Counted from the whole stretch's first letter, positions 45,240 to 57,716 are shown. The stretch is DNA of 63,450 nucleotides, filler included, from Choristocarpus tenellus KU-1152 (GCA_964200185.2; 10 parts of 10 records of this genome joined end to end with filler, not necessarily neighbours in it); one strand, 5' to 3'. The notes: generated from the letters alone by a model not told the origin. Made by a program: numbers and translations.

Positions 45240-48200
45240 TGTGAAAACCATGTTGGTCTGTTGTTATACTGTTATTGCCATATGCCATATACTGTTAAAC
45301 CGATTGAGGTTTTCCTTGTCAGGAATCTGCAATTCCTGTTGAGGTGTGGACATCTCTTTCACCAGAGTTGTCACACATCAAAGATTCTCTTTGTTGTCAC
45401 GTCTTGACTTTTGTGATGATCCCCCTCTCGTGAGATTCTCATCACTCCACAGTTTCCTGCAAGTCTTTGCAGTCTTGCACTTGTCCACCCTTAACCTCAT
45501 CCTCACGGTTACGGTTCGTCTTGGTTCATCTGGTCCATCTTGCCCTGTGATTCTATTCGCCACCCTTACCTGAGTGAACCATGTTGCCACAGAATCACAC
45601 AATTCATATTGGCAACACCAATGAGCTCAGAGATAGGGTGACGGGTACTTTTTTGCTTGATCGCTGACTGAAGATGCTGAACGCAAGATCAAGAAGAAAG
45701 CATCATGAACAAGAGTGCCTGGCTCAACAACTGGAGGAATCAAGAGACGCAGAAGATCAGGTTCATGAGCACGAGTCAGAAGAGGACATGGAATCCTCAA
45801 CAAACCATGATTCCGATTCATCCAGTCACTCGTCCTCGTCGTCTAACAGCGCAAGTAATGCCAATCATAGACGAGGTTTCTCCCCTTCTTCCCCAACAGA
45901 TCGCCGTGGTCATCCAGGAACCGTGTCAACCTTTGAGCATCGTGTCAGCTTGGGCTACCGTGACAATCACCAGGTCCTTTTTCAGGACAATCCTGTCCCA
46001 CCTCCAAGTTCTACCACTTGTGATGTGGTCATTTCACAAACTCAGTTCGGAGATGCTGTACCAACGTTCATTATGCATGAACGAGTGTGCGAGAACAAAC
46101 ACTGTGCCTCCTCAATGGCTTCAGGATCTGTTGAAGCTTCAAGTTTGGGGAAATGGTGCCAATCACGTATGACCTGTTGAACAGAGTAGCAATGTCTCCC
46201 ACCCACCAACAATGTCAGAAGGGAATCGTTTTAGTTTTTCTCCTTCAGAAATCCTGACTGGTCTGACGATCACAGGTTCTGGAGAAGAAGATTTGCCACT
46301 TATGTTTTCTCTAGATGACATGTCGCAATCACCCTGCATTCTAGTCAGTACAGTCCTGCATCCCCTGAAACGGTTGATGCTCTTTGTGTAGAATTTGTAC
46401 CAAAAATTCTTCAAGGACCTGCAGAAACATTCTATTTTCAGGTGTTGGCTGGTACGATAGAATGGTGTTCAATAAGTAAGTGAATTGGCCAAAGTGCAAT
46501 CATCTCTTGACATCCCTGTCCCCATTATACCCTCTCCAACATTGTGGAAAGATGTCCTCAAGGGTTTTTGTTGATATAGTCACCCCTTCCCATGCTCTTT
46601 CCTCGCTTGGACCTTATCCTAGCCCAACGAGAGAGTCAATATCTGCGGAGAGAAGTGGAGTGATTCCCAATCTTGGTCCCAGCAAAATACTGCTTGAGAA
46701 TAGTGTCATGGAGGTCATGGGTGCAATCCTTGATTGGCAAGAGCAATGCCCGTCCAAAGTGATCGTGAGCTATTTACTAGTCCCACTACTGTATTCCCTG
46801 CAGTGGAGCCGGAGCAATTGCGTAAGGAGCAGGAATCCGAGTTTGGATCATATTTCAGGTATTTGCAGTCCCCAAAAGTCGCCCCCCACCACCTGATATG
46901 GAACCATCAACATCTGTGTCATATTTTTTCCTTCATAATGGCTTACCGTACCATTCGTATTCACCAGGCCATCTTTGTAAGAGGAGCACGTTTAGAGACC
47001 AGTTGATCATTCCTCGCTCATTAGTCCGTCTTGTACTCCATGGTTGTCATGACCATGCATTGTCTGGAGGCCACTTTGGTTTCAAACCCACGTTCGGTAA
47101 GTTTAGAGACTCGTATTGGTGATCAACATTCAATATCGACATTCGTACATGGTGTCGTGATTGTCAAGCATGCCAAACGTAAAAGACTGATCCTAACAAA
47201 GCTACACTTCCCACTGGCCATCCACCCGTTGACAGACCATTTCAACGTGTTGCTATTGATTTGGTAGAGTATAAAGCACATTCCCCAGCAGCAAATGGTG
47301 TGATGTACTCGTACGTGTTGTCTGCCATTGATGATTACCTTACTCGTTTTGTTGTGCTGATCCCTGTTCCAAATAAAGAGGTTGCAAAAATTGCTCATAC
47401 GCTGATAGAACTTGTATTTTCAATTTTCGGTCCACCCAAGTTGTTACACTCCGATCAAGGTACCAAATTTGAACACAGTATTGTTGCAGATTTGCAGTCT
47501 GCTTTTGGTTACAAGAAAATCAAAACCACACCGTATCACCCCTAAGAAAAAGTACATGCTACATTGCATTCTATGCTAGCAATGTGTATCTCTATTGCTG
47601 AGGATAACTGGGCATCATTATTGCCTTTCGTACAGTTAGCCCATAATACAGCAGTCAGTGCAAAGTTGCATGAAACTCCGTTTTTCCTTCTGTTTGAAAG
47701 ACAACCTTGTTTACCTGTTGATATTATCCTTGGTTCATCTAATGCTGATTCATATGCCACTACTGAAGAGTTTACTCAGAAAACCAAAGATCATTTTCAG
47801 CTTGCATTTGAGTTGGCACATTGTAATCTTTATTAATGCGTTAAAATTCAGGAGCGTGTCGACCAACGTCTCGTGTTCCCCGGTTTCGTACCTGGTGATC
47901 AAGTTCTAGTACGTAGGCCACATGAGAGTATTGATGGTTCGAATCCGAAGTTACTTCACCCTTGGAGGGGTCTATATGAAGTACATTCTAAGGTATCGCC
48001 CATTGTGTACAGGGTAGTATTACCTGGAAACCCACGTCCATTCTCCGTTCATCTGCGGAGAATGAAGCGTTATTATCCTCAAGTGTAACCTTCCACACCA
48101 GATTTAAATGAACTGGATTGTTTGTTTCTGGGAAAACCAATACCATTACCGGATGTAGACCATTAAATATCTCAACCTGTAATTGGTCAAAACACTGATG

Positions 48201-50158
48201 ATAGCATTGTTGGACCTAGACCTGGTCCTGGTCGTCGTTCGTCCACTAATGTTATCTATCGCCTTTGTCTTTGTGGCTATGGACCGTCGTATGATCTTCA
48301 CAAAAAAATAGAACAGATCCTGCAATGTCATGAAATGAGTACAACCTATCGTGCAAGTAAATGGATTGGATAACCAGCAAAATTCTCATCCCACAAAGTG
48401 TTGACTTGAGAATTCGTATTTACTGCTATGATACTCCTTTGCACAGTCTGTGTATCATGTATTACCATCGTGTCATAACCTATCGTTTCAGTAAAGAGAT
48501 TATTGTATTTATGTGCGGTACAGATCTTTGCCATTTTTTTTATTGGTGTGTTTATTTTTCATGACTTGTGTGTCTTGGCTGGATCTCGTGGTATCCACAT
48601 ACTGTAGTATTCTTTACATAGGTTGACCATCTAGTTTAGGCAAATCATTTGCGTGTCATTTTGTCAAAGATGGGCATAGACTATCGTTTTGTGAAGAGAG
48701 AAGATAACTGGTAACAGATGTCAGTTAACCTGTTCACGACCAGCTCTGACTTGGCATCTCATGTTACCAGGTTTATCAATCCTTGCAAATAGACTACATA
48801 TATGTTGGTGAATTTGGATAAATTAATAATACAATTAATTTTATCTCTCAACTCTCCTCGTTCACATGAGTGGACACATGCGGTGATGAAGAGACCGTAT
48901 CACCAGGCACATTAGCACTTGTGTGCCTGAGGTGGCTGTTCATTACATCATGTCGCATTTTCATGAAATGACTAACCCCATTAAAAAATGAAGATTCAAG
49001 TCTACCACTAGGTAAGAGATGGAGCCTTTAGGTGAGTTATACATGTTATTTATTTTATTTTTCGAGTGGCATGATCCCCCTGACATGATGTAATGACCGT
49101 ACAGTCATCTCGTATCATTTTAGGAGAGTTGAGCCACCAACATCGTACGTCCGAGTTGTCCACTTCGAATATTGTAGTCGTCATGAGCAATATTCTAATC
49201 GATGTCAGAATTGAGGAAGGAGAATGAGTGCACACATTTGATTTCGTCGTTTGCTGTGTTGATATTGGTCAGGTTACACGCAATGTTGTTTTCGCGCATC
49301 AGAGTGGTGATCAAATCATCATGTAGTGTAACACCCGTATAGCAATGTCGAATCACAAACACTAGTCAAACCGTTTTTCGACATCATATACTGCTTGCTC
49401 CTCATATCCCCATTCTGAGTACCCTCTGTTTTATACAGGATAATAGAGACCTATATATGCTGGCCACATATACCTCTCGACTCATCGTTAGGCTGATTGA
49501 TATGTTGATCCCATACTCTCAGATGCCATAAGCTTGATTGGTGTGCTGACCACACACCATCAGCCTTAGGCTAATGTTATCCAGATCAGATATTCATTAA
49601 TGCCTCGTTTATATATTACACTTCATTTTGTATTAATGGAGTCGTGTAATACAATAGTGCAATAGTATACTAACAGTCACACATGTGTCTCATTTCGCTC
49701 CTAGAGCTCACCTTTTGGTTGACCTTGAATCATGTTTACAGGGCCAATCAGAAGGGGAGGTGATGTGGAAAGCATGTTTGTCTGTTATTATACTGTTATT
49801 GCCCTATGCCATATACCGTTATACCGATTGAGGTTTTCCTTGTCAGGAATCCTTGATTCCAGTGGAGGGCCTTAAGAATATTTGAGGTGTGGACATCTTT
49901 TTCACCAGAGTTGTCACACATCAAAGATTCTCTTCTTTGTTGTCATATCTTGACTTTTGTGATGATCCCCCTCTCATAAGATTCTCATCACTCTACAGTT
50001 TCCTGCAAGTCTTTGCAGTCTTGTTCTTTCTTGTCCAACCTTAACCTCATCCTCTCGGTTACGGTTCGTCTTGGTTCCTCTGGTCCGTCTTGCCCTGTGA
50101 TTCTATTTGCCACCCTTACCTGACTGAGCCACACCACCACAGAATCACACAATTCATA
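45240..50158 (+). mobile_element. Internally deleted Ty3/Gypsy (chromovirus-like) LTR retrotransposon
   Basis: 5' LTR 45240-45608, PBS-like TGGCAACACCAATG at 45610, PPT AGAAGGGGAGG before the 3' LTR 49764-50158, and TSD CTAT/CTAC. An integrase remnant lies inside; no RT or RNase H was seen. Confidence 0.92.
46800..48370 (+). pseudogene. Gypsy integrase pseudogene with C-terminal chromodomain-like remnant
   Basis: HHCC (HDHALSGGHFG..CRDCQAC), RPFQRVAIDLV, LHSDQG, TTPYHP, WASLLPFVQLAHN..ETPFFL, F.PGDQVLV..KLLHPWRGLYEV (GPY/F motif), then IVG.RPGPGR..YRL..GYGPSYD. Many stops and frameshifts. Confidence 0.9.
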
Positions 50159-50162
50159 CTAC

Positions 50163-51462
50163 TCATTTGTTTTTCTTGATATGATACAGTCCTACCAGTC
50201 CATACTGACTGTTGGTTGGTCCGCTGTATTGGTTATTACTTTCACTTGAACCAGTAGCTCATCATCACAACACCAGCAACTATCTTCAGAACATTGCAGT
50301 ACATACCAAGCATAAGAACAGTTGCTACCCATTAAACACACAGGCATAATATGTGTCGCTTGAGTTACGTCAGACATTGATTCAAGTTTGTTGTGTTGTT
50401 TCTTTATTTTCGTTTTTCCCCTCTTCTTAACAACAGAAGACTCCACCACTCAAGTTAAAACATCCACAAACAATCTTGTCCGTCAAGGTAACAAACCTCT
50501 TCTTAGAGGATGCATTTCTTCCTTTGAGTGTACCAAGGAAGAACATCGAATACACATCATCTATCTTCTGACCGAGCATGCCATGACTTCAGTTGCAACA
50601 GAATAAATTCATCGGTGCAGCACTATGACACCCCTTCATCACAAACCTGCCATTGCACACGAAAGCACACTTCATTCAATTCAGGTTTCAGAAGCTATTT
50701 TGTATATATTACATAATAATGCCAATAGTAAGGAGAATGAAAGAGACATATTATCCGCACACCTGCTAGAAAAACGTTAAAATAATGAATAAATATAATT
50801 TATGTAACAACCACCCCCACACTAAAGTCCAACTTATTGAGTAGAAGACACAAATATTTATAAAAGGAATGAAGGAAAACGACACATGCATGAGAAAAAA
50901 TACTGGTTGTAAACTATCTCCTGCTGCCCCTCTTTCTCTCAACATCATATGAGACTCATCCACGCCCAAAACATAGGTTACTCATCTTTTGTGTGTATGA
51001 TATGATACAGTATTACCAGTTCATACTGACTTTGATCCGTACATCAGTACTGGTTGTTAGTCACATCTACACCATTGGCACCTCATCATAGATCAACTAC
51101 TGATAGAACATCATGGTGTATACGAAGTATGGAACAGTTGACATCTGTCAAACATACAAGCATAATATGTGCCATATGAATTTTCCCAGATATTGATTCA
51201 AGTTTATTTCTTTGTTTTCTTTGATCTTCACATCAGAACCATCATTTGCATCTCATATGTTGGGTTATTCTTTTTCCTCTGGTTATCTTTGCCCACACTT
51301 AGACTTCGAGTTCACTCTGCACTAACTGTACCTCTACACAACAGGATGTCATATATTCAGAGTTAAAACATCTTCATAAACCCTTCTTCACAAGGTCATC
51401 AGCATGAATTCACCAGTGCTCCATTGCATTATGACACCCCTTCACCACAACCAACCTGCCAC
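50163..51462. repeat. Diverged direct duplication (~820-bp period)
   Basis: TGATATGATACAGT..TACCAGT.CATACTGACT, GAACAGTTG, GCATAATATGTG, ATTGATTCAAGTTT and ATGACACCCCTTCA occur at about 50163-50660 and again at about 50981-51462. Confidence 0.8.
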
Positions 51463-52004
51463 NNNNNNNNNNNNNNNNNNNNNNNNNNNNNNNNNNNNNN
51501 NNNNNNTTAATTAATTAANNNNNNNNNNNNNNNNNNNNNNNNNNNNNNNNNNNNNNNNNNNNTCGGCATGGTACGCATGCCCCAGTCTATGTATTGAGAG
51601 CACCCGAGGGGGGGGTCATGAAATGGAAGGGATATTTAAAGTGTGGAGGGGGTGGGGTTGGCGGTAGCAGAGGAGAAAGCTAGCTAGCAGGAGGGAAGGG
51701 ATATTATAAAATGAGAATCATGTGCTCACGTTTGTGTACCAGCAACTACAAGCGGTCTTGATCTCTGCATTCGCTTGATAATGAGTTTTCCACGTTTTCT
51801 TCCACCTAGGCATGTGGCAACGGTTGATGACCTTTCCCATCATATCATGACCGGTGCCTTGGAAGCATAATACGACCCACGACACCAAATCTTAACTTGA
51901 TATCGTCGGCCACGGTTACAGGGCACTTCATAAAGTGGTAGAAAACGACGAGAGAGGAACAGGCTTCTCGTGAGCAAGAATGTCAGCGGTTTGAAATCTC
52001 TTAC

Positions 52005-52537
52005 TTGGTTGATCCGTTCGACGCTTCGAATAGGTCCGCTGCATCGGCAGCCTTAAGGTGATGCAGTTCCGTGTGCCACCCCTGCAGCACACTATCGTTG
52101 CCCTTAGGACCCTTGGGCAGGGGAGCAGGTTTTCGAGGCAGAGTCTTGGAAGCTTCAACGAGCTCGTCGTACAGAGACGGTCTGGGTTTGAGGGCCTGCC
52201 TCAGCGCATCTTCCCCGACCGCTTCATAGGCCTGAGCCTGAAGAGAAGAGAGCATCCAGATATGATTTTGGAGGTGGTGGCATACCAGGGAGATGGAACG
52301 GCAAGGTTTACCTACACACATAATCTAGAGGACCAACTCCCTTTCATGGTTCAAAGGACAGATCTACAAAGAAAAAGTTGAACATGGCAAGCTACATACG
52401 TTTTGGGCAGGCAACTCTCTCTATACCTGCTCTCGCATCCGCCGGAATGATCCACCCTTCACTAAGAGTACCAATGTCACAATGACTGTTACTGTGAAAA
52501 CCAACACGCCTGCTATAAGTCCCGTTTGATGATTCAT
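52005..52537 (-). CDS. Putative membrane-anchored GNAT (RimJ/RimL-like) acetyltransferase, 3'-partial; exons 52537-52427, 52237-52005
   Basis: Exon 1 MNHQTGLIAGVLVFTVTVIVTLVLLVKGGSFRRMREQ (TM helix plus basic stretch) ends CAG|GTATAG. Exon 2 follows CTCTTCTCTTCAG, reads ..LPRKPAPLP..VLQGWHTELHHLKAADAADLFEASNGST and ends at GTAAG. It resembles the N-terminal beta1-alpha1 of RimJ/L-type GNATs. The gene structure is solid; the product is inferred. Confidence 0.6.
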
Positions 52538-53577
52538 TTCCTCTTTTGATGTCTCGCCAAGCGCACCTTCACAAACTTCTGGTCTGATGTGTAATTTCTA
52601 CGCGAGCATAGGCATATGTTTGGGTGCTCTAGCTAGAGGGGCGCAAAATACTTCAAACAGCTATATCGTTGTATGCTTGGTCGACCTTAAGTTGTTAGGG
52701 TTAGCATCAAAGTTGGTTAGAAGTTTCTACACATTCAAATTTCTCTCTTCTCACACACTGGAGGCGTTTGTGTGTATTTAGTTATAAACAGGGTTAGGGG
52801 TTAGAGATGTACCTACCTCTCCGCAAAAATATCATTCCTGACAAGGTTTACTGACAGTTTCCCCCTTACACAATTCAGCCTGGACTAACAAAATTCTCTG
52901 AGTGTGGTTTGTCCAGGCTCCTTGCGATTTGAACTTAGCTGTCACTGTAACTACCAAATTTGACTCATGACAAAGGCTATGGCGAGTGTCTAGGCATAGA
53001 ATGATTAAGGGGATTGATGTGTTGATTTGCTGGTGGTCATCGGAAGAGGAGCAGAATGACACCACCTGGTGAATGGTATCATATCAGCAACTAAGCGGAC
53101 ATGTAATCTCTTTACCTGTGTGAAGCTATCTGAAGTTAGATGTTTTCTCTTCTGAAAGCCACATAACGTTTAGTTTCACTTTGGCTTGATGTTTACCAAA
53201 GTCTGCTATGATTTTGGGTCTATCTCCTAGTCCGCTGACCCCAGTTTTCCTCAGGGAGTCATGAAACTGGCGGATACAAGTTAGCAATCGGATAAATTGG
53301 AGTGTAAGATATGTGGAGTGTTGAATCCAGTTCGCACAAGGTGCAAGGTGGATGTAAATACAGCAATACTACACCAGACAGATTCTTTGGAGTAGAGATG
53401 AGAGCCCTGGAAGGTGTTCCTAAAGTGTAATCGAAGTGTAATCGAACCCAACGTTTTGATGATGTGCCTCTAGATAATGAAAGTTCAACTTCTGTCCTTG
53501 ATCTCCCACCATAATATCTTTTCTTGTCACCATCTGTACACGAGGTGAAAACTGAGATTCAAGCCCTCGCTCTACTC

Positions 53578-54803
53578 GGACCATAGTTGGGTGCCTTCTC
53601 TTGCCCATATTGGGTGGAGGGGAAGGGAACTGTGTGTTTTGTTCTCTGGCACATGTACTGTTAGACTGTGACATGTACCATGCTCGCCTAAAATTGTTCA
53701 TCCCTGGGATAGATACAGCCAACAGGACAGAGGTTCTGGGTGAGGGCGGCCTTCTCTGTTTCTCCATTCAATACTACCCTCAGAATCTATTGTCAGAGTA
53801 GACTATATCAGACAATGATGGTACGCATAATTAGGACTTTTCCCTTGAGGAAATGGTACGTATATACCTTTGGGGGGTGTTGGTGGAAAGCCCTTGGCTC
53901 ACCTGGCAAGCGTGGCCTTGAATTTGGTGGTGAGTTTCCTGCACCCACTTGACACGCTGCTGGAGAAATGTGGGGGCACTGGGTAGTATACCTGAGTATT
54001 CATTACACACACAAGGCAGTTGTGGATATGTGACGCTGAGGTACATCCCCTTGATGATGATATGGTTGACATGCTGACAACTTACTGATGAGTGATGCAA
54101 TCACTCCTCCGACACCCCACACTGATTAGAGAACGTGTAATGGGGTGCAACACTTCTATAGGCTTCATCGCTAAAATCGCTCTGTATGCTTCAAGCGCAG
54201 AGGTGGTCAGAAGGCAGCATTTCCTGTCTTGCACATTATCCACGTTCCCCAGACATTGTGTAGTGTTAGGGAATTGCATCACTGCCTGGTAGGGTGACAG
54301 CATGTAAACTACCTCATTCTCAAAGGGATGTACCTTGGTGCCACATGTCCACAACTGCCATGTGTGTGGGATGAACACTCAGCTGTACTCGGCAGAATCC
54401 TCGTGTTTCTCCAGCAGTATGTCAAGCGGATGCAGGAATGTCACAGACAAACCCAAGGCCTCACTTATCAGGTGAGTCAAGAGCTTTCCACCATACATAC
54501 ACACTCCAAGGATAAGTACATGCCTTTGCATAATGATAAAGACCTTCATAATTGTACGCATCCTCAGGCTCAGATATGGTCTACTTGACAATAGACTCTG
54601 GAGGTAGCACTGAATAGAGTCACAGAGATTGTGGTCCTCATCCAGATGCTCTGTCCTGTTGGCTATACTTATCGCAAGGATGAACAACTTTTGATGGGCA
54701 TGATACTTGTCACTATCCCATAGTGCATGTGCCAGGGGACAAATAAAGTTCTCTTCCCCTTTCACCCGGTATGGGCAAAGTAGGGCACTCAAAATCGGCC
54801 CCA
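53578..54803. pseudogene. Two decayed OTU-like cysteine protease domains in inverted orientation (53578-54085 +, 54289-54803 -), probably TE-borne
   Basis: CPYWVE/GEGNCVFCSLAHVL..YH and CPYRVKGEENFICPLAHALW..YH resemble the OTU Cys box GDGNCLFRA. Both continue G..GGK.L.HL.S.AL.L.V.FLHP. A frameshifted NHY-like His box lies near 54260. Confidence 0.6.
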
Positions 54804-54982
54804 GTAGAATGTTTGAGACTCAGCTTTTCGTGTGTTTTAGTTTGTGTGAAGTTAGATCTCACCCGTAATTCTTAACGCGAGTATTGAAGTTGAGGAAATT
54901 GCGGAAATAGAACATATTTATCAATGGAATACCTCGAACTTTCCAACAGACTGTCCGCACGAAAGTTGTAGGGTCTGCATCT

Positions 54983-55251
54983 GAGCCAAAGCATTTAAGA
55001 GGACAAGAGTTTTGCCCTGTTTGTCTGGTCGGGGCTTGGCTTCCCAGGGGTTTTTTATACCCTTTTTCTTTTTTCTGTGTGAACATTTCGGATTTCGGAG
55101 TAGGTAAGACATATAGGACTATGGAAGGTGTGTCTGGACCAAGGATATTGACACTTGCTAACAAATACGATAGCCAAAATGAATCTAAACAGCAAGATTG
55201 GATTTATGACCCCGAACAGACATGGCCCTACCCTCTTAAATTCTTTGGGTC
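54983..55251 (-). mobile_element. MITE subfamily B (AAAGCATTT-type TIR), 3-bp TSD
   Basis: GAGCCAAAGCATTTAAGAGG ... CCTCTTAAATTCTTTGGGTC. The body is homologous to subfamily A and the flanks are TCT/TCT. Confidence 0.82.
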
Positions 55252-55481
55252 TCTTGTCGATATTTTGGGTTGCGAATGGTTGAAAGGGGTTGACGTGGCA
55301 ATGTTTATGAGTTGAACATGGATGAAACTGTTACAAGTAAGTGCCAGCTGAAATATATATATATTGATGCTTCCTAGTCTGTCGCGCAAAGAGCAGGGAA
55401 GGAAGTTTTCCCCGAAATGCATACACCTACAAACCAGACCCAGAGTACTACATACTAATATAGTGATAATGCTACTTAGTA

Positions 55482-55518
55482 CTAGACTATATACCTGGTG
55501 TCCCTTCGGTGGGACACC
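55482..55518 (-). mobile_element. Helitron-like 3' terminus
   Basis: A perfect 8-bp GC-rich hairpin (GGTGTCCC-6 nt-GGGACACC) is followed on the minus strand by 11 nt and then CTAG|T. Confidence 0.5.
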
Positions 55519-57162
55519 TCTCATTGAGAGTCTTGTGGAAGTTTTCCCGTTTCGTTTGGTGTTGATTCAGTTTTGGGTTTGTGCGTAGTATATACTAGTT
55601 GTGTGCTTTACTGTGACCTCTGACGCTTTTCAGAGGTTATAGGGAGAATAAGAAGAAAAACATGAAGAAACACTACTTAAAGAATCCAACAAAATCAAAC
55701 TACAATTCAGAACTCCAAGCTTCAGCCTGTTGTCAATTGTCAGAATGTTTGTTGATTCTTTGCCTGCCTGAGGTCCTCTTTTGAGTGATCATTGTATTTC
55801 GTGTGCAACTTACTACCTATCTGGTGAGCTGTAGTGTGGACCAGCCTGAACACCCAAAATAGTCACTCACACCTATGAATAGTGCTCCTCTCTTCACAAC
55901 AGCGGATCATGATAATGACGGATGGATCATTTCATGGAGGATGGGTTCGACCGAAATGGTGCGCGGAAAGTGCCCTTATGTTTTTTTTTGTAAATGTCAT
56001 AAAACCTTTTTAGGGCCCCTTTTTGAATGGGATGTATCATTGTTGAAAAAAATTCGGCGCTTGTTGTGGAAGNNNNNNNNNNNNNNNNNNNNNNNNNNNN
56101 NNNNNNNNNNNNNNNNTTAATTAATTAANNNNNNNNNNNNNNNNNNNNNNNNNNNNNNNNNNNNNNNNNNNNCCCCTCCCAGATACTTTGGCATTGTTGT
56201 TCCTGAGCAGGCTTGTACCGAAGAGGTGTGGGCAGATGGAGGCCTGTGTTTGCATGTATTTGAATGTGTTGTTTGTTTGATGATAGTTTGTTTGTGTGCC
56301 TGCGTAGTATAGGGGGAGGTTGAAGCCCTTACTTGAAGCTAGGAAAGGTTTGACACCACAGGCAGGGCGGATATGCATGTTCAAAAAGTCCAAGCAACCA
56401 AGCGTTTGTGAACCAAAAGAGTTTCGACTTGGACACAATTGATCAGAGTTTTTTTTTTTTCGATTAACTGAAGTTGAATAAAAAAAGAACGGTATGCACA
56501 CAAGGCCACACACGCAGGTCACTGAGTTGCCTGCAGCGCTACAAGGCAAACACTTCAAACCCTCAACAACAGGTCTCACCAGGGCAGATCCGAAGCTATG
56601 AAACAGTGAAATGTTTAGTGAGTTGTGAAGAGGTGATGTCACAAGTAGTGATGAGTATGTGATTAGTTAGGGTCAGCCTCTCACATGTTCGTTGGTCGCA
56701 CTTTTGGGTGTACTGCTGCGACTTGAAAAAGCCCCCGAGTGGTCAAAATTATCCAGTCGATTTATTCAGTTTTCCTGTTGATTGAACTGAAGCCAATTGG
56801 ACTGTTGCGATTGACAACACTACGGGCAACTTTGGTCAAGGTGTGCAATAGATTGCCAGCGGACCAAAGGAGATGCCCACCAAACACAATTTATCAGAGA
56901 CATGCACCAGTCTTCAGACAAAACTGAAGTGAAGTCCAACTCAGTCTATGTAAGGGCCTGCCCCTCGCCGTAGTGGTGAAAGGGAAGGTTCACATATTGA
57001 AAAGACCTCTTCTTGTTCCCCTTGTTTCTTGCCATTCAGAAAACTGGGCAATGAATCACTCATGAATTCTGGCAGCGCTTAGTTGGGACTCAAATACTGA
57101 TGTGCAGGCCTTGAATAATACTCCAGAGTGATTAATGTTTGTTACCTCTAAATATGACAGAT

Positions 57163-57434
57163 GAGTCAAAGTATCTTAGAGGGTAGACCCAGGTCCTTTT
57201 GGGGGCCAAATCCAATGTTGCAATTTTGATGTAATTTTTGCTATTGTGTTTGTTAGGATCTGCCAATATCCTTGTTCCGGACATACGCATGATACCTACT
57301 CCAAAACGTATACATTTTACCTACTCTGAAACATTTCGGAGTAGGGAAATATCATAAAAAATCCCGTGGGAAGTCAAGCCCCAAACGGACAAACAGGGCA
57401 AAACTCCTACCCTATCCCTAAGATACTTTCACTC
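57163..57434 (+). mobile_element. MITE subfamily A inserted into the terminus of a subfamily B copy
   Basis: Full TIRs. The TSD AGAT/AGAC overlaps the first bases (GAC) of the neighbouring element. Confidence 0.88.
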
Positions 57435-57435
57435 A

Positions 57436-57716
57436 GACCCAGAGCAGCATTTTAGAGGGTAGGAGTTTTGCCCTGTTTGTCTGTTGGGGCTTGGCTTCCC
57501 ATGGGGTTTTTTTGCCCCTTTTTTGTTTACTGTGTGAACCCTAACCCTAACCCTAACCCTAACCCTAAAATATATACGACTATCTATGAATGGTGTGTCC
57601 AGATCAAGGATGTTGACACTTACTGACAAACGCGATAGACAAAATCCATCAAAATCGCAACATTGGATTTATGGCCCCAAATGCACGCGGCCCTGCCCTC
57701 TTAAGTGCTTTGACTC
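57436..57716 (-). mobile_element. MITE subfamily B carrying internal (CCCTAA)5
   Basis: GACCCAGAGCAGCATTTTAGAGGG ... CCCTCTTAAGTGCTTTGACTC. The flanks read ACA/ACA once the nested A copy is removed. Confidence 0.82.

Noticed and set aside
47930-47950. GGTTCGAATCC tRNA B-box-like motif
   Set aside because: It lies in integrase coding sequence, with no cloverleaf or A-box.
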